Positions 60,901-64,000 of a stretch of DNA of 64,000 bases are shown in pieces. Location: assembly GCA_964478545.1 (NCBI GenBank), contig CAYZIS010000013.1, positions 3,747-67,746 of the forward strand. The letters are read 5' to 3'. Under the pieces are notes generated by a model that saw only the letters and a program-made list of their open reading frames with translations, searched no databases and was not told the DNA's origin. Source of the DNA: an uncultured Thermodesulfobacteriota bacterium. GTDB taxonomy: Bacteria > Desulfobacterota > Anaeroferrophillalia > Anaeroferrophillales > Anaeroferrophillaceae. A program made the position numbers and the translations under genes. The stretch's first letter is position 1; every line of letters starts with the position of its first letter.

Positions 60901-61230
60901 TGTCTCTTTTAATGTTTTCCAAAGCCGTTCTTCGTCAAAATTTAATAACTCTGGACAGCTTTCTGCAAACTTTATAAAACGATCAGCTTCATCAACACCC
61001 CAAACCTTTGCTGTAACTTCAAGTGCGGTGATTTCGTAACTTCCCTCATTGTCATGATCCCAAAATTGAACCTTCTCTCATGAGACCGCTTGTGCGATAG
61101 CCCACTCGACGAAACTTGAAAGTGTTCTCCGTTGTCTCCGGGTTATCAATCGTCACAGTGAGCCGACGGTCGATGCCGCTGCAAAGGCCTTGAACCGCTT
61201 TGATATTTATTCAAAGTTCCGTGATTTCAA
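60900..61230 (-). pseudogene. Degraded small mobile-element gene fused by deletion to the integrase remnant
   Basis: KRFKAFAAASTVGSL*RLITRRQRRTLSSFVEWAIAQAVS*EKVQFWD..., with two in-frame TGA codons. Confidence 0.45.
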
Positions 61231-61449
61231 CACGTTTCATTACCTGCCCTACACTAATTTTTCACGGGGTAGGTGTTTCACCTTCATTGACACAGAGGGC
61301 TTGTGGTTTATACGGGTTGTTGCTATATGAATATTTTAATTAAGTTTTTATTTAGTAACAAAAAAGATTCGGGTACGCAATGTCTGACCTGAAATCAAGT
61401 CTACCCACGGTCGCTGTAGCGCCTTCGCAGTATTTAATAGGAACCTTAT

Positions 61450-61533
61450 ATGACAACCAACTTCTCCCAGACTGCGGCCTATATCTGGTCGATGGCCGAT
61501 CTGCTGCGCGGTGATTTTAAGCAGTCCCAACAG
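61450..61533 (+). pseudogene. N-terminal remnant of type I RM methyltransferase HsdM
   Basis: MTTNFSQTAAYIWSMADLLRGDFKQSQ, after which the similarity breaks. Confidence 0.75.
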
Positions 61534-61632
61534 ATGCATACAGACTTTCAGGCTTTTGTCCGTGTGTGTCTGTGGCAAAAAATATTTTGCCGATTTTGAG
61601 TTAAACCTCATTTTAAAGTCCCGGAGACGACA

Positions 61633-61695
61633 ATGAGTGCGGTCGCCAAAGAGACCGCTTTTCAGCAGGACATTATCAACCAGATGAGAAATTGA
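61633..61695 (+). pseudogene. 20-codon remnant of an hsdR start
   Basis: MSAVAKETAFQQDIINQMRN*; GCTTTTCAGCAGGACATTATCAACCAGATGA matches the hsdR start near 63288 with 2 mismatches. Confidence 0.7.
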
Positions 61696-61929
61696 AGGAC
61701 AGACCACAATTTTGTTCTTAATGTTCGAAAAATTGCTGAAAATAAAGAGTTAATAATCCAAAATGAAATGTCCAATTTTTCCCTATGACAATATCCTGAT
61801 GCGGGCGCTGCCCGCAAAGAAGTGTCATTATCAGAATGTTTCTTGTTTTTTTTGAACAAGAAATATTCTAAGGCACTGATCGTAATATTGGAAAAAATCG
61901 GGCACTGATCTCTGTTTGAGAGGGGTTGT

Positions 61930-63258
61930 ATGCCGGAAAACCAGAATATCGAATGGAAAGAATCTTGGCGTAGCGAGTATCTGAAGTGGATTTGCGGTTT
62001 CGCCAATGCCCAGGGGGGTGAACTGGTGATCGGCAAGAACAACCGGGGCGAGGTTGTCGGTATCGATAACGCCCGCAAACTGCTGGAGGATATTCCCAAT
62101 CAGGTGCGCGATCTGATGGGGATTCTGGTTGATATTGATCTCCACCAACTAGACGACCTTGATTATCTGGAGATCAAGGTGGAACCCTACCCCTATCCGG
62201 TCAGCCTCAAGGGGGCCTATCATTACCGCAGTGGCAGCACCAAACAGGAGATGAAAGGAGCGGCACTGGACCGTTTTCTGTTGAGAAAGCAGGGGAAACA
62301 CTGGGACGGCGTGCCGGTGCCCCATGTTGAAGTGACGGATCTGGATGAAAAGGCCTTGCGGTGGTTCCGGAGCTTGGCGCTTAACAGTAAACGATTGTCT
62401 AAAGCGATTCTTGATGAAAACGATTCCGTCCTAATTGAAAAGCTCCATTTGACGGACGGCGATTACCTTAAGAGGGCCGCGATTCTGCTGTTTCATCCTG
62501 ATCCGGAAAAATATGTCACCGGCGCTTATGTCAAAATCGGTTTTTTCCGTACCGATTCCGATTTACTCTACCATGATGAAGTCCACGGCGATCTTTTTGC
62601 GCAAGTCAACCGGACCATTGATCTGTTGTTGACTAAATATTTCCGGGCGATGATCTCCTATGAAGGTTTGCAGCGGATTGAAACCTGGCCGATTCCAGAA
62701 GCCGCCCTGCGCGAGGCGGTGCTGAATGCGATCATCCATAAAGATTATGCCGCTGGTACGCCAATTCAGATCAGTGTTTACGAAGATCGGTTGATGATTT
62801 GGGACAGTGGCCGGTTGCCGGAAAACTGGACAATTGAGAATCTGATGCAAAAGCATTCATCCGAGCCGTATAATCCTGATATCGCCAATGCGTTCTTCCG
62901 TGCGGGTAGTGTGGAAACATGGGGGCGGGGTATTGAACGGATAATGGACTCCTGCCGGGAAGTGGGATTACCGGCACCAGAATTTAAATATGAGCATACC
63001 GGATTGTGGGTGATTTTTTCTTTTTTCGGCCAATGTGACGAAAGTTCGGAGAAAACGTCGGAGAAAACGTCGGAGAAAACGTCGGAAAAAATATTAAGGG
63101 CGATTGAAAAAAACAGGGATATTACAATTGCGGAGCTGGCTGAAATTGCCAGGGTCAGCACTAGATCCATCGAACGAAATATTAAAAAACTTCAGGAACG
63201 CGGAGAGTTGAAGCGAATCGGGGCCGATAAAGGTGGTCATTGGGAGATGTCGAAGTGA
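61930..63258 (+). CDS. AlbA_2 (Schlafen-like) + ATP-binding (HATPase_c_4-type) + C-terminal HTH protein
   Basis: ENQNIEWKESW..ICGFANAQGG, YRSGST, LREAVLNAIIHKDY, YNPDIANAFF..VETWGRGI, ITIAELAE..VSTRSIERNIKKL. Confidence 0.85.
   Translation: MPENQNIEWKESWRSEYLKWICGFANAQGGELVIGKNNRGEVVGIDNARKLLEDIPNQVRDLMGILVDIDLHQLDDLDYLEIKVEPYPYPVSLKGAYHYRSGSTKQEMKGAALDRFLLRKQGKHWDGVPVPHVEVTDLDEKALRWFRSLALNSKRLSKAILDENDSVLIEKLHLTDGDYLKRAAILLFHPDPEKYVTGAYVKIGFFRTDSDLLYHDEVHGDLFAQVNRTIDLLLTKYFRAMISYEGLQRIETWPIPEAALREAVLNAIIHKDYAAGTPIQISVYEDRLMIWDSGRLPENWTIENLMQKHSSEPYNPDIANAFFRAGSVETWGRGIERIMDSCREVGLPAPEFKYEHTGLWVIFSFFGQCDESSEKTSEKTSEKTSEKILRAIEKNRDITIAELAEIARVSTRSIERNIKKLQERGELKRIGADKGGHWEMSK
63046..63090 (+). 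repeat. In-frame 12-bp tandem repeat TCGGAGAAAACG x3.7 (SEKT)n
   Basis: Read directly from the sequence. Confidence 0.95.
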
Positions 63259-63263
63259 GCGTT

Positions 63264-64000
63264 ATGGCAAGCAGAGCAAATGAGCAAGCTTTCCAGCAGG
63301 ACATCATCAACCAGATGATCGAAGGCGGCTGGAAGCTTGGCGATCCCGCCAAATATAATCGCGAGCTTGCGCTCTATCCGTCGGACTCTCTCGACTACGT
63401 CCAGACGACCCAGTCGCAGGCTTGGGAGAAGTACAAGAAACTCTATTCGAGCAATCCCGAACAGGCCTTTATTGATAAACTTGCGGCGCAGTTGGGTAAG
63501 GCCGACCCTTAAGCTTCCGATAAGAGTCTGTGCACGTTCGGGACGCTGGGTGTGCTGCGCCATGAATTGCGCGATAAATCGGTCTCGTTTAAGTTCTGTC
63601 AGTTTAAACCCGAGCATGGTCTGAACCCGGCGACGCAGGCGATGTATAAGGGTAATATCCTGCGGGTTGTGCCTGAGCTCGTCTACAGTTCCTATGCCAC
63701 CAAAGCCCACTTTGAGGCGACCGGCGGATTAGATCTAAAAAAGCGGGCCAAGGCCTGGCGCATCGACCTCGTGCTCTTCCTGAACGGTATCCCGATCGTG
63801 ACGATGGAGCTTAAAAGCGAGTTTAAGCAGGCGGTCGATGCGCCAGGTGATTGAAGAGGGCTACATTCTTGATGTGCTCAAAAACTATACCAGCTATAAG
63901 GTGGCTTACAATCTGGCGCAGAAGGTCGCCAGCGCCGATGTCGAGGTCGACAGCAAGAAGGCCAGGGTCAAGCTTAACCAGTGGGTGCGCCTGCACGACT
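63264..64000 (+). pseudogene. hsdR: Type I restriction subunit HsdR pseudogene (runs off the window)
   Basis: EQAFQQDII, RIDLVLFLNGIPIVTMELKSEFKQ; in-frame TAA at 63510-63512; frame-changing jump to SMRQVIEEGYILDVLKNYT near 63836. Confidence 0.85.

Noticed and set aside
60900-61230. Two in-frame TGA codons as stop-codon reassignment or selenocysteine
   Set aside because: TGA is a normal stop elsewhere in the window (e.g. secA, argJ), no SECIS is apparent, and the surrounding island is full of lesions.

Overview
Bacterial chromosomal window, probably from a flagellated Desulfobacterota/deltaproteobacterial lineage. This is inferred from the M23-secA-argJ and xerC-hslVU-argB gene orders and Desulfovibrio-type TPR and FapA proteins. 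Positions 1-39.9 kb are mostly housekeeping genes (secA, argJ, mltG, murJ, rluD, pgeF, yggT, xerC, hslVU, argB, rlpA, ABC-F, trmL, addAB). The intergenic spaces carry many small palindromic or MITE-like elements, and there is one accessory patch at 6.5-8.8 kb (DUF1566/PEP-CTERM surface protein plus a toxin-antitoxin pair). Positions 40.1-59.8 kb hold a complete type IV filament (T4P/T2SS-like) cluster with no PilT and with signalling genes built in (histidine kinase, receiver, HD-GYP, STAS, GGDEF, MshEN-type ATPase). The cluster includes a 1072-aa PilX-like adhesin with two DNRLRE domains and a LamG domain. Its secretin is fused in one ORF to a PgaB-like GH153 (GHL13) glycoside hydrolase domain, which is the top finding. 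Sigma-28-like promoters precede the minor-pilin operon, the major pilin and the secretin. The DUF1566/PEP-CTERM gene shows the codon signature of a diversity-generating retroelement (DGR) variable region, but no RT or template repeat is visible in the window. After tRNA-Leu(CAA) at 60.0 kb lies a decayed island: broken integrase, hsdM/hsdR remnants and an intact AlbA_2/ATP-binding gene. All family assignments come from motif recognition by eye; no database searches were run.
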